Positions 38,701-50,724 of a stretch of 64,000 nucleotides of DNA are shown here, piece after piece; position 1 is the stretch's first letter; the number at the start of each line of letters is the position of its first letter. Below the pieces are notes generated by a model. It worked only from the letters and a program-made list of their open reading frames with translations. It was not told the origin of the DNA and searched no databases. The stretch comes from Kudoa neothunni (Eukaryota; Animalia; Cnidaria). The DNA lies in assembly GCA_964304625.1 (NCBI GenBank), contig OZ199838.1:5047287-5111286 (forward strand), in the 5' to 3' direction. The translations under genes were made by a program, and so were the position numbers.

Positions 38701-41700
38701 GATCAATTACGTTGGTGACACGCTGTAACAGTCGACACAAAGCATTCCAGCATAAAAAATTCCCTCGATTCTATCGGCTAGCACATAATCTTTCGAATCG
38801 TTTAACAAAAATCCTAACACATATTCACAGGTGTGGATAACATCACACGCAAAATAAATGGCAAAATCAATACAACCCATGCTGAGAAACAATTGCAAAC
38901 CGATGGTGTGGAATGACAATAACGATTTTATAATACAATGTTGAGAGGAAGAAGACGAAGAGGAGTGGTCTAATGAAGTTGATGATAATGTGGAAGAGTT
39001 AGGTAGATAAAGAAGGTTGCTAATAGCCTCACTCTTGTTAAAACAATTAGCTATCAAAATCATGAATTTCTCCAAGTGTAGTTTCGTTGATCTGGTCAAT
39101 ACATTTGAGTGAGATATTTTCTGGAACGAGTCCAAGAATTTCAAGGCATTCCTCATTTCTGTGGCGGTTTTTGTGGGAGAATTTCTAAACCGGTTTTCTG
39201 CCTATCGCACCACAATGTGTTGTTACTGGTATCCGAGGTGATGATAATTCGGTGATTAAATCCAAACCTGAATTTATCCAAAGTTCTTTGTTAAGGCACT
39301 CATTATCATTTAATTTGCTATGAAACACATCACTGAATGCGGAGGACTTGTGGATGAGCTTCATGTGAACGATCCAACATCGACAAATCCATCGCTATCA
39401 GCGATTGAACAATTGGCAATCAATTCATCCAATTGCATCAAGAACATCCCCATATATGGAAATGTTCGCTATACTAAACCTTTCATTTTTATACATGTGA
39501 TAATTATTTCCACGGTTACAACCATCATCTGGTCCGTTTGTCAGATGGTTGATATGTTTTAGTATTGGTTGGTTGTATTTTTTCCCGTCAATAATAAATC
39601 TACTGAGATACTTTTTCAATCGAGAACAATTCTTAACAGTTAAATCCAACGCATTTTGATACAACTCAGAGTTGTAATAGACTCCAGTCAAAAGTGCTAT
39701 ATCACGAAACAAACATTGAATCTTCCATGTAGACTTGGTGGAGGCATTAACTGAACTATCAGTTAAAGGAAGTGTGTTATGATGAGTTCCTTTGACAACC
39801 GAGCCAATCAAACCTCTACACACATTCCAACTTTTGTCCAAATTTACTGTCTCATTGATAACTGTATTGTGAAATGATTCGACACACTGATAACAAATGA
39901 CTCAGTAAATTGTTCAAACTTATCGTAATTATTCCCTATATCCTCCAATCTGTTGTCATGCACAAAGATAACACCTAAAATAAGTTATATAAAATACAGT
40001 TACTAGGATAACAATTAATTGATTAATTTAATCGAGATAGCCGAATATACGGATCCATAGTCTAATACTTAATTATTTCATTTAAGGTAATAAAAAATGT
40101 ATATTTTCACAAAAATTTAGTTAAGGCATTAAAACACCAAAGAAATTCGCTGATAATTACAAAACAATCCTGCAAACATTAATAGCAGTTTAAAGCAGTC
40201 GAGAAATTTTTAGTTATTCCAATTTACCCAGTAATTCTACATGTGGGATGTGGACATTTCGGAGCATTAATAGATAATACTAGCGGAGCTTAAATAATGC
40301 TTACACATAATGGATAATTTGGTGGTACGTATAAACCTTAATCTTCTCCATTTTTCCTATCTTAGTCATACAATAATATTTATTTTTAAAAAAATGCGAA
40401 GAGCAGATTTAGCATACGAAAATAATTGCCCATGATCTTCAAATGGCGATTACTTGAAACTAATCATAATAGTTTTAGCTTTAATTATAGTTTAGTTTAA
40501 CCCCTTAAATTAATGAATCGAAAGAATTATATAATTACTAGCATGTTTGCCCCAATGTAATATAAAGAATAAATGTATGCTAATACTGGACAATTATTTA
40601 TTTATAATTTAATGTATGAGAAATATAATATTTGTGAAAACAAACAATAAAAAATAGCATTGCGTCGATTTTCTCAATCAAATATTATATTTTTACTAAA
40701 AGATAAAATTACATTATCGCAAGAAATATGTAAACTGTTATTTTAAATAAAAAATTGCATTAATAAAGAAGTTTCACCTTTAAACTCCAGTGCTACTGTT
40801 AATAAATTGTTTGTTAAACGAATAATAAATTATTTTGTAATTACATATGCCTATATCAGAAACATACCGTTAAATGATATAATGTGAAATAGTATAGCCA
40901 GCAATTTAATTCCAATTAAACAAATAGGTTGTAATATTTGGCGTGTCGAAAACAGCGCAAACTTCACATAAATTCCAATCAAATTAATGTTTATCATGCG
41001 ATTTTTAAAAATTTGGATAATTAATTCGATAGATGTTTGGCATACCCATGCGATCACCGCCAATAACTTATAGCATAACAAATTAAACCCCAATTATCAA
41101 TTTATAGACTTCAACAAACAAAACTAAAAATTAGTTAAATAAGAAAACTTGGCGTTAGTTCTATGGTTTGAATTTTTTATAGTTTACTTTTAGGATTTGG
41201 CACTGTCAGGACTTGTCCGTCTTTAATAGGCGTAAATAAATCAAAATTTTTAATATTAATTTTTTTATTGAGATATTAAGCTTAGAAATAGAATATGCTT
41301 CTATAATAGTTATCTTACTAAAACTATTCCGCTTAAGAATTAATTTAATAAGGTTGATTTGAGGTTAAAGCAGCTAAAATTGGACAAAATGCAATATAAA
41401 AAAGTAAAATAGAAATAAAAAGCAATAATTAGATTCAAGAAAAATTTGCATTATTTTTTTATTTCATCTGATAAATAATCACTTTAAATTTGAATAATAA
41501 AAATATCAATAAACGACTCATTAAAAGTTTATAATCTTTTGTTTGAATTTATTATTCGAATTAAACTGATAAACCAACAACAATAAAAAATCCTTGTATG
41601 CAAAAATAATGTACTTTTGATAGTTACGACCGTTGTTGTTTTGACTGGTTTGTTCCGCTTTATCGAAATCATCCCGAACCACATGGTAGGGGGATTTACT

Positions 41701-42599
41701 TTTTGTTTTAAAGAGTGAAATTTTTTCGTTATGTTTCCTAGGAATTATAACTGTGATTATCCAATTTTCCATATCATTAAGTGAGAGGTAACTTTGCCAC
41801 GCAAACAATTTAGGTTTTACAATATCTTTATAGAATTGATTGCTCTATAGCGACAAAAACAAAAATCAACCCAACTGATAATAACGATTTAGATTGTTAA
41901 TCACATACCTTGAAGACAAACCAAAATATATGTATCGTCTCTTTCATGGTGACAGGGAACAACAACTGTACACCACTAAAATTTTTCATACTATCAGGAG
42001 AGGCGACGATAGGCAATTGATCCAAAACCGAATTTCCACATTCTATTGTTTGATCGACCCGCACACTCAACTTGTTTTTATTTTGCTTGAAGAGTCGACC
42101 AACAATTTTACTACCCAACGATTCGGTAGACACTGATAATATGTTAGTCAGATTAGAAGTTGTGGGAGTGCTATCGTTTTGACTGTCAACATTGTCGAAT
42201 TCGGTTGAATTATCGTTCACCTCATCGTTTATATCAAAAGTGTTTTGAACTGGAAGCTGGTTGTGGTCACAACCAGCGTCGTCCTCATTGTCTCCTTGAT
42301 TTTTCGAGGATTTTTTAGCGACAAATTCATTAAATCCAATAATTCTACTCTCAAACACTCCATCCCCACTAAAAACTGCCCCTTTTTGGAGAGATATTCT
42401 ATACAACAATTAAATTAATTAAAAACAACAACTATACATAATATTACCCTTCGCAACTAAAATTCACATTATTTAATAATTCTTCAAGAATGGGTTTCAT
42501 CCTTTTAACAACACTGCATTCGCCAGCATCTAAAAATAATTAGGGCTTCTGACATGCACATAACATTAAATTACTCGTAACCACAACGTGCAATTTCAT
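35744..42599 (-). CDS. TRAPPC10: trafficking protein particle complex II subunit 10 (Trs130), multi-exon, heavily frameshifted in this assembly
   Basis: N-terminal blocks match TRAPPC10: AGECSVVKRMKPIL, ETIHIFWFVFK, YKDIVKPKLFAWQSYLSLNDMENWIITVI...VRDDF, WKIQCLFRDIALL...ELYQNALD. An exon of about 4.1 kb (about 35874-39974) is broken into at least 10 consecutive minus-strand ORFs. Confidence 0.75.
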
Positions 42600-43672
42600 T
42601 ACTGTTAAAAGATAAATTCTAATGATTTAGAAGTATCAGCTGGAAGGATTAGACACTTAAATTCTTAACGATTTCGGATCAGGTACCATAAAGTAACTTA
42701 ATTTATTCGCATGTGCAAAGAGTATGCGTGTTCTAGTTTATGGTGTTTGTGACCGTTTTTATGGTGAGCAATGAGGTGCTAACCTTTAATGATTATTGAA
42801 TTTATTTTTAATATTCTTAAGCTATGTAATCTTATTTGTTTAATAGGAAATTAGATTTCCCCTAATGCATTAATATTTATAATAACTTGACTACCAAGTC
42901 GAGTATAGTCGAGCTAAGATGACGCATGAATTCTAATTTTCACTATTATGTCGTTTATTGAGAAATTTCTTTGAATGGATTTGTTATTATTGTATCCTAT
43001 AGCAAAAATATCCTTCATGTGAAATAAACAAAAAGATGTATTTAAAGGTAAATGTCCCTTTGTTAGATGGGGATTGTATTTGTAGTTGAATGTTATTGGA
43101 ATCACAGTTTTAGCTGTGTTATATCCGAAGTTAGACACAATATTTTTAACAGCTTAAGTTTGGTGGCTATTTTGATCCAGTAACAAAATTCTAAATTAAC
43201 ACATTAAATAATAAATCGAATACGATGAAACCTCGATCGTCTGAATTTCGATAAACCTCTAAAAGGTAACCGTTGGCTTTGAGCAACCACTTTTATATTA
43301 TTTCGTCTATAAATTTTGTTTCTCAGTTTGTTGCATTTTTTGTATATTCGCCAGAATTTCATCTACTGTTTAAACAAAATATTATCCATCAACTGATATA
43401 ATAAAATTAGTTAAATTTTGGGGGAAATTACACAAAATATACCAATTTTTACAACAAAATAATATAAAGATGAACGCGCGATTCCAATGGTTAGCCATTA
43501 AGGGTTATTCGGAAATTGCGCTATCAGGAATATCTTTTAAATATTATTTGAAATAGACGTACATTACTAATATAAATAATGCGAATAACCGAGACAACCT
43601 TTTACTCCAATTTTTGGATAAAAGTATGTACAAACGTTAAGTAAATTGAGGTAAAACGTTGCGTATATTTAA

Positions 43673-45007
43673 CTTTCCGAGCGTCTTTGGGGTCCATTGG
43701 ACCCCAAAGGATGTTTGAGTCAATTTTAGAGAATCTTATATTAAATCAGTGAATTTAAGATCACATCTACTCTCCTACGAATGTGAGTTCTATTAAAATA
43801 TTACAGAAAATGTTAATTTGTATATTCAGGTCACGAAATAATCAAAATACTTACACATTCTTTCTTTGGGGGTCCAACGGATCCCAGGGGTTGTTCCTAT
43901 TGAACAACGAAGAAAAATAATTTACACAAATTTTTCGAATTAAATAAAAGTTTATTGAGGGGAAGCAGAGATAATTTGAAAAAACTATGAGGGTGACAAA
44001 TACCAATCATTGCCGACGAGAGTTATGCTACCATAAATGGTTTTTAGTGTAATATTTTGAATGAAATTGAATCCGATATCAATGAATTTTATGATAAATT
44101 TTGATAATTTGGTTATTAATGTCATTCCGATTTTTCTTAAGATAATAAATGCTATCGAAATATATACGAAGATAAGGATGGTAGTAATTGGTTTTCTGAG
44201 CAACTTCGAATAACTAAAAGCTTTAAACGAAATATTTTTCAAAATTTCAAGATTCACATTTCTACTATTCGACAAGAATAGACTCCTTAGATCATACATT
44301 CCTCATATTTTATGGTGAGTCTTCTTCTCAACTGTTATTCCAAATACTGACAAGATTGACAATTATAATTATCAGCATTATTTGAAGATTTGGAAAACTA
44401 GAATTTGTTGACTTTTATTGGAATCCTTGTCAATATGTCCATTTTCAAATCTAAATTATAATCACTCGAATTTCTTTGTCGCGAGTGATGCTGTTATTGT
44501 TCAAGATCTCGAGACAGAAAAACGAAGAATTTTTTATGTTTTTGGGACCGATTGTAATAAAAGAAATTCAAAAGTTGTTTGCGTGATGTTTCGTAGCATT
44601 ATAAACTAAAATAATATAAATATCTCGCATTTTATCTATTTTGAAACAACATGTATTATGGGTTTTATTGGGTATGATTATTAAGAAATTAATTATAAAG
44701 GAAACATTTTTAAAGGCTTTCGTTAATATGGAATGATACATGTTTTTATCAAACACATTAAATAACAAAAATTAATAAAACTTGTTAAATTAGGCATCTA
44801 ATTTAACATTTTAAATGTTTCGGCAATTGTCGTTAACAACCGGCGGTGTTATAATTGTGACATTTTTCAATATTTTATCGATGGTTTTTTCTCATACTTT
44901 AGCAAATTACCTATTAAATTTTTTTAATACTTCAAGTCAAAACAATATGGGGCCATTTGACCTCAAAAGAAAGAATGTGTAAAGTAGATTTTCAGGCGCT
45001 GGGAAGG
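43673..45007 (-). mobile_element. decayed piggyBac derivative
   Basis: TTAA|CTTTCCGAGCGTCT ... AGGCGCTGGGAAGG|TTAA, palindromes GGGGTCCATTGGACCCC (43689) and copies at 43868 and 44948, and the minus-strand remnant IILVYNATKHHANNF (cf. YNxTKGGVD). Confidence 0.8.
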
Positions 45008-45153
45008 TTAAATGTATAATATGTTTGATTACTGATTAAGTCTATTCAACTAATATTCGACTAGCATAAAAAACCAGTTTCATCTGTCGTAAAATTACTT
45101 CAAACGACAAATAATTTTTAGAACATGCTATACTTTAATTAACAGATTTTCCT

Positions 45154-45155
<2 letters not shown>

Positions 45156-45187
<32 letters not shown>
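45156..45187. repeat. (TA)n microsatellite
   Basis: Direct reading. Shorter TA runs also occur at about 29117 and 35564. Confidence 0.9.
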
Positions 45188-45190
<3 letters not shown>

Positions 45191-45937
45191 TAGAAGTTGA
45201 TTTTAATCGACCCTCATTCTAAAATAAACTAACATCAATCATAAGCATGTAATTTTTAATCTATTTTTTAAGTGAATCATCATGAAATTCCTTAATTTTG
45301 ATGAAAATATTGAGTATTTGAATGAATAGGCAGATTTTCTAACGTTATTATCCTTTTAAATTTATACAAGAAGCTTTATTAAAAATTCATAAAAATATTT
45401 CTTATAAGTCTTTTTATACTTTACATGTTCACGAATAATGAAAATTCTAAGCTATACGTCATATATGCGCTTCTCCATTTAGTAAACTCTGCCTGATAAC
45501 TTGATTAAAATGTTCGCAATTGATATTGTCTCAGTTATCTGAGAATTTTAGTATCTATCCTGGAAAGGCCAATTACCTTTTTGCGTCAAATAATGTAATC
45601 TTCCTGATCATTCACGAATCAATCCTTTTAACCTTATTCACTTCCTCCACAACTTCACCAAATGAGGCATATTTGAATTCGTAATAGCGTTATTGTATTT
45701 TAAGTTGGTAAAGTTATCAGAAGGAAACATTTTGTTTATGTATATTTATTTAAAAAAATTCGACATATGCTCTAAAAAAGCGTTTAATCACGCATGCGTA
45801 TCCGTCAAATGAACACATAGGGACTCACGGACACTCCTCTATTGTTTATAGATATGATAATTGAAGTACTAAAAAAATATTAGAAAGTATAGTTGCTGAC
45901 CTTGTTATTAAACACAGTTCCTGTAATATTCGCTTAA

Positions 45938-47102
45938 TCCTCTAATGAATTTAGGGGGGACATTTTTACCCTAACAAGAAGTTTTTGGTTATATACGTGA
46001 TTCGTTTGATCCTTTAAGGATATGAGTTTTTCCCTAATTTTCCAAAAAGATGAACGATATATGATTTTAAAATATTGACTAAAAATAAAAAAAATTACAT
46101 GTTTACATTCCAACGAATTTTTGGAGTAAAACACTACTCCAAATTTTGTTCGCTCCAATTGATAGATTAAATAATTATTATTCCATAAATCACATTTTAG
46201 GTTTATCTGTTGGATAAATTTGAAGTTATACGGTTATTACCTATACATGTGGTCACGTGACTTTCGTTTCAATGTTGCCATTGCGATAATGGAAATGGAT
46301 TTCACCGAAAGTAGTTAAAATGATGAATACAACTTCTTTAAAATGATTTTGAACATTTTAAAACTTATTTGTAGTAAGAATCTGACGAGACTGATAACTG
46401 AGAATTCGGGACAATACACGATCAGTAATCAGTAATGACGGCCTATGGTGTCGTTTTTCTATTTAATAGATTTATTATTTATAAAAGCGTGTTCCATTTA
46501 CAAAAAAAACTTGTGAGATAATATGTTTATGAGAAAGTTTTTGAATGTATGGCAAAGTTCCTATGTCTTTCCATTAATGGTTGATGGAAAGAAACATCCT
46601 TGAAGCCCAAAATCCTAAGAGCTCAACCTTATCTATTATGCTATAACTGGGCACACCAAATAAATGAACAATATTTCCAAAGTTTAAGCGTTATTACGGA
46701 AAATTGATAAGAACCCTGCTATTGCTTGTTTCAGATTTACGAAACTGTCGTAAAATTCATTCTGAGTGTTTGCTAATCTTATTCTCATTAGATGTTCTAT
46801 TTGGTAGCGCAAATAATAATTAAAATATTTATTACATGATATAAATGTGAAATCTACCCAAACATTAAACTTTAATCAAAAATTGTCATTGTGGATTTTA
46901 ACGAATACAGTTTTCGTAGGATTATGAGGATTATTACTCGGATTTTAGCTGTTTTACAGCTGAATCTAGACATGGGATTATGCCCATTTTTATTTCCTGA
47001 AATCAAACATTTTCTATGGTTCGAATAAAGAAATAAAAATCTGGGGTAATTTTCTGCCCCAAAATTCATCGGAGTGCAATCGATTTTTAGTACATTCGAA
47101 GG
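45938..47102 (+). mobile_element. decayed piggyBac derivative
   Basis: TTAA|TCCTCTAATG ... CATTCGAAGG|TTAA with GGGG..CCC(C) palindromes at both ends. Plus-strand remnant RRPMVSFFYLIDLLFIKA (cf. RRWPMxxFFNxIDxAxINA). Confidence 0.75.
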
Positions 47103-47543
47103 TTAATTTCGTAGTGGAACGACACCAGATATAATAAGTCTATTAAAGATTTAAAGTCTTGGTGATAATAAATACACAGAAAGAATTAACTGATCAAAAA
47201 ATAAATAAAAAACTTTTTTCGAATAACTATTGTTCAATGAAGACCGAATGTGACGAAAATTCAAGATTTGAATGCAGAGAAGAAATGGGATTATGAATTT
47301 AGTTATTAGGAAGCCTATTAAATCATTAACTATATAATTATAATTAATATCAATTGATTCTATGGAATTTATTCAAAATATTGAAATAAACCTCTTATCT
47401 ATTAAACCTCAGTGGGTGTGTTATTAATTTATCAATATTTTCCACAATTAACAACGGAGTTATTAAAGTTATAAGAGCGAAAATATTAACGAGTATTACG
47501 AATATTATAACAAGGTGGCTAGTGTGTATAATCGCAAGGTGAA

Positions 47544-50228
47544 ATGACGACTCGAGGTTACGATATCAATCTCGAGCCCTATCCATACTAATAATGAATT
47601 TCACTTTTTGCAGATGAACGATCCTTGTTGGCAACTAACGGTTCAATGCAGAATACATTAAAATTTCAGGATATTAACCTTGCTTCTGGAGATCGGGAAA
47701 TTTTAACTGATATTCACGGAGAAATCTCTTCGCAGAATATATTAGCTCTTATGGGCCCTAGTGGTAGCACTTATATACATATTACTAGTTTTTATGATTT
47801 ATGGGATATTGTTGTAGGTAGTGGAAAATCATCTCTTTTGAATGTTTTGAGTTTCCGACGCGAATTGCTTGGGAAGGCCGTCTCCAGTGGATATATCACA
47901 TTGAACGATGAACCTCTAACTAAGAAAGATCGATATCGTATCGGTTACGTGATGCAGGAGGATATATTTTTCCCCACATTGACATTATACGAAACACTCA
48001 CAGTATCAGTTTGTATAGCTTTTAAACGTATTAAAATTTTGAAAAAAGTTCTATGTGAATTTACGAATTTCGAGCAAATACACTAAAGAAGAAAAAGAAA
48101 CTATAGTATTTAGATGCCTTATTTCAGTTGATATGATTTTTGTTACAAAGATAAAAAAACTTTCTCAATATATGCACCTCGAAAATTCTATGAATACAAG
48201 TATATTCTAAGATATTTATTTTGGATGTAATACTACAACTGTTGTTGCTTAAAGTAATGGGAGGCGGCATTATACGAGGATTGTCAGGAGGTATAATAGT
48301 TTTTGAAGTATTGAAATTATTGGTGGAAAATTAAGGTGAAAGAAAACGTGCCAGCGTAGCTTGCGAACTCATTACTGACCCTGTTATTCTTATGTTGGAT
48401 GTATTTTATTTTCGACAAATTTGAAGAATCAATGCTAGCTGAATATTTTGAAAAAATAGGAGCCTACCTCTGGTCTTGATTCTTTTATGGCCTCAAGCGT
48501 CATTAATATATTGAAGGATTATTGTAGAACACGAAACAAAATAGTTATTGCATCAATCCACCAACCCAGCAGTCAAACTTTCCATTGCTTTGACCATCTT
48601 TTATTGTTAACATGTGGTAAAGTAATTATTTTTTTGTTTTATCCCAGAGAAACTAATGCTTTGATGTTATATTGAAGTTGGCGTATGAAGGTTCAACCCA
48701 TCAATTGTCCAAATTCTTTGCTGATTGTGGTTTCCAATGTCCTCAACAGTGGAATATTGCTGACTATATGTGTAATTCAACAAATGCTAAGTTTTTATTA
48801 GTAAGATGTTCATTTTTTGAAAATTTAGTAGAAGTGGTAGGCTCCAACAAACAATCTATTGATAAGATTTTGAATGAATTTAAAATCTTGTAACTCTTTT
48901 ACACAAACCACTCCATAAGTCGTTAAATCTTATTGCTATATCAATTAGAGAAAAGGGGAAGTTCAGCGACCAACGAAAAAATACTAACAACATTAATGAC
49001 GAAATTTTACCTGCCATTAGTCTCAGTGATGAAGTTAGGTTAGTTGAGAACTCGAACAAAAAATGGCCAGCCGGAAAATGCACCCAATTTAAATGCCTTT
49101 TACGACGAAATTTCCTTTTGTCAATCGAAGATCAATTGAGTTTGTTAAGCTTAAGCAAATCAATACTTGTTTCTTTATTTTTGGGAACTGTTTGGTTCGA
49201 TTTGAAATGGGATGCCAGCCATTTTCAAGACATTATTGGGCTTGTATTAATTCATTAGATTAGATGAAAGAGTTTCTCATAATCCACTTTTTAGTTGTAC
49301 TATTTGGTAGTGGAAAGCTTCTCAAATCCATTCTTTACTAGTGTTTTTGTGTGTATGAAATATTCTTGATTTCAAAGTTCAGTTTAAAGTGTATTTATTG
49401 ATATATCTTATGGATATAGTTGGAGCCGAAAAACAGGTGATTTCGAAAGAAAGAATGTCGTCTATGTACAGTTTGTTGTTGTATTATACCGCCAAAGTAT
49501 TGAGTGAATTACCAAGTCTTTTTATCCGTCCCCTTATTCATACTGCTATCGTATACCCCATGACTAGTTTACCTGGTGGTCCGACGTTTCTGTTATTTTT
49601 TCTAATACTTTCTCTGACTAACATTATTGGAATGGTAAGCAGATTTCGATTTTCTCCTGTTATTAATTTTTCTTTTTTTAGAATTTTGGTCTTTTTCTTA
49701 GTTCATTAGGACTTCGGCAAAAAGAAACACTCACCATTATGGTCATTTTCTTCGTGTTTTTCAATTTGTATGGAGGGTTCTTCGTAACTAAATTTCCTCC
49801 TTGGTTGAAATGGGGAAAATATGTATCACCCATGTTTTCATTCTTCGTCCTTCTAGTTCATTCCATATTTAATTATAAAGGCTTAAGGTAGTATCACATA
49901 AATGTCCATGAGATATTAAGTTTGATTTGTGTCTTCTTTCTTGTTTAGGTGTGATACGACTCTGGTGTTGTCACAGTGTGCAAATGTAGGCATAAATGGG
50001 ACGTTAGACGTCAAGGTTATTTTAGAGATGATTCAACCCGGCATTAGCTATTATTGGTTCTACGTGATAGTATTTGGTGTTTCAATTATCCTGAATATAT
50101 TGACATTCCTTATTCTCCGGAGAACTCTCACCAAACAAACAACAGGATTCAAATATTGTGATATCTTCAATCCGGTCAACATGATTACGATCAAATATAA
50201 AAAAACTCCAAGTTTAACATCGATTTAA
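47544..50228 (+). CDS. ABCG (White-family) half-transporter, copy 1
   Basis: 15 exons. Walker A GPSG|SGKS, Q-loop GYVMQED, signature GLSG|GERKR, Walker B/D-loop ILMLD|EPTSGLD, H-loop SIHQP, then an ABC2 membrane domain (EKQVISKERMSSMYSLLLYYTAKVLSELP). TAA at 50228. Confidence 0.95.
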
Positions 50229-50377
50229 ATTATTTGATGTTTTAAATAGTTATTCCTGCCTTAATAATGTCAATTAGAATTTGTTTTTCTTTGTCAAAAC
50301 TCTCATACTCAGCCATAATTATTTTCTCATTATTTTATTTAAAATATTGAACTGATAGTTTGTTTTACCCTCTAAGA

Positions 50378-50645
50378 TGGTGGTTTCTAACCGATGATCC
50401 GTATGGGTCGCCTAAGGGATCCGTAGCAGCGGAAGAGTATCGAAAACAATAGTAGTATCTATTTACAAACACATGTCTTCAAAATATTTGGTGTCGATTA
50501 AATTTTAGGAATAATATATTTTAATTTTTTGTAAATAAATTCATTAAATTTGTTCTAAGCCTTCTATTTCATGTGTTTACAATTTCCTTAATATATTTTG
50601 AGGTCCGCAAGACAAATACAATTCCAAACAGGTTTAAAACCACTT
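50378..50645. mobile_element. hAT-type MITE, homologous to 13888-14153
   Basis: Ends TGGTGGTTTCTAACC ... GGTTTAAAACCACT. The interior aligns by eye with the reverse complement of 13888-14153 (CTATTTACAAA, AATAATATATT, TTTTTGTAAATAAAT, TGTTTACAAT..CCTTAATATAT). Confidence 0.75.
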
Positions 50646-50724
50646 CCTTGAGATTCGCAAAAACGTATACACTCTAACGAACATGGGGTCCGTTGGACCC
50701 CAAAGTGGTTTTAAAATGATTATA

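Noticed and set aside
6543-42599. GBF1 and TRAPPC10 as a functional Golgi-trafficking gene cluster
   Set aside because: They are separated by unrelated genes and about 19 kb. Without conserved synteny, chance is sufficient.
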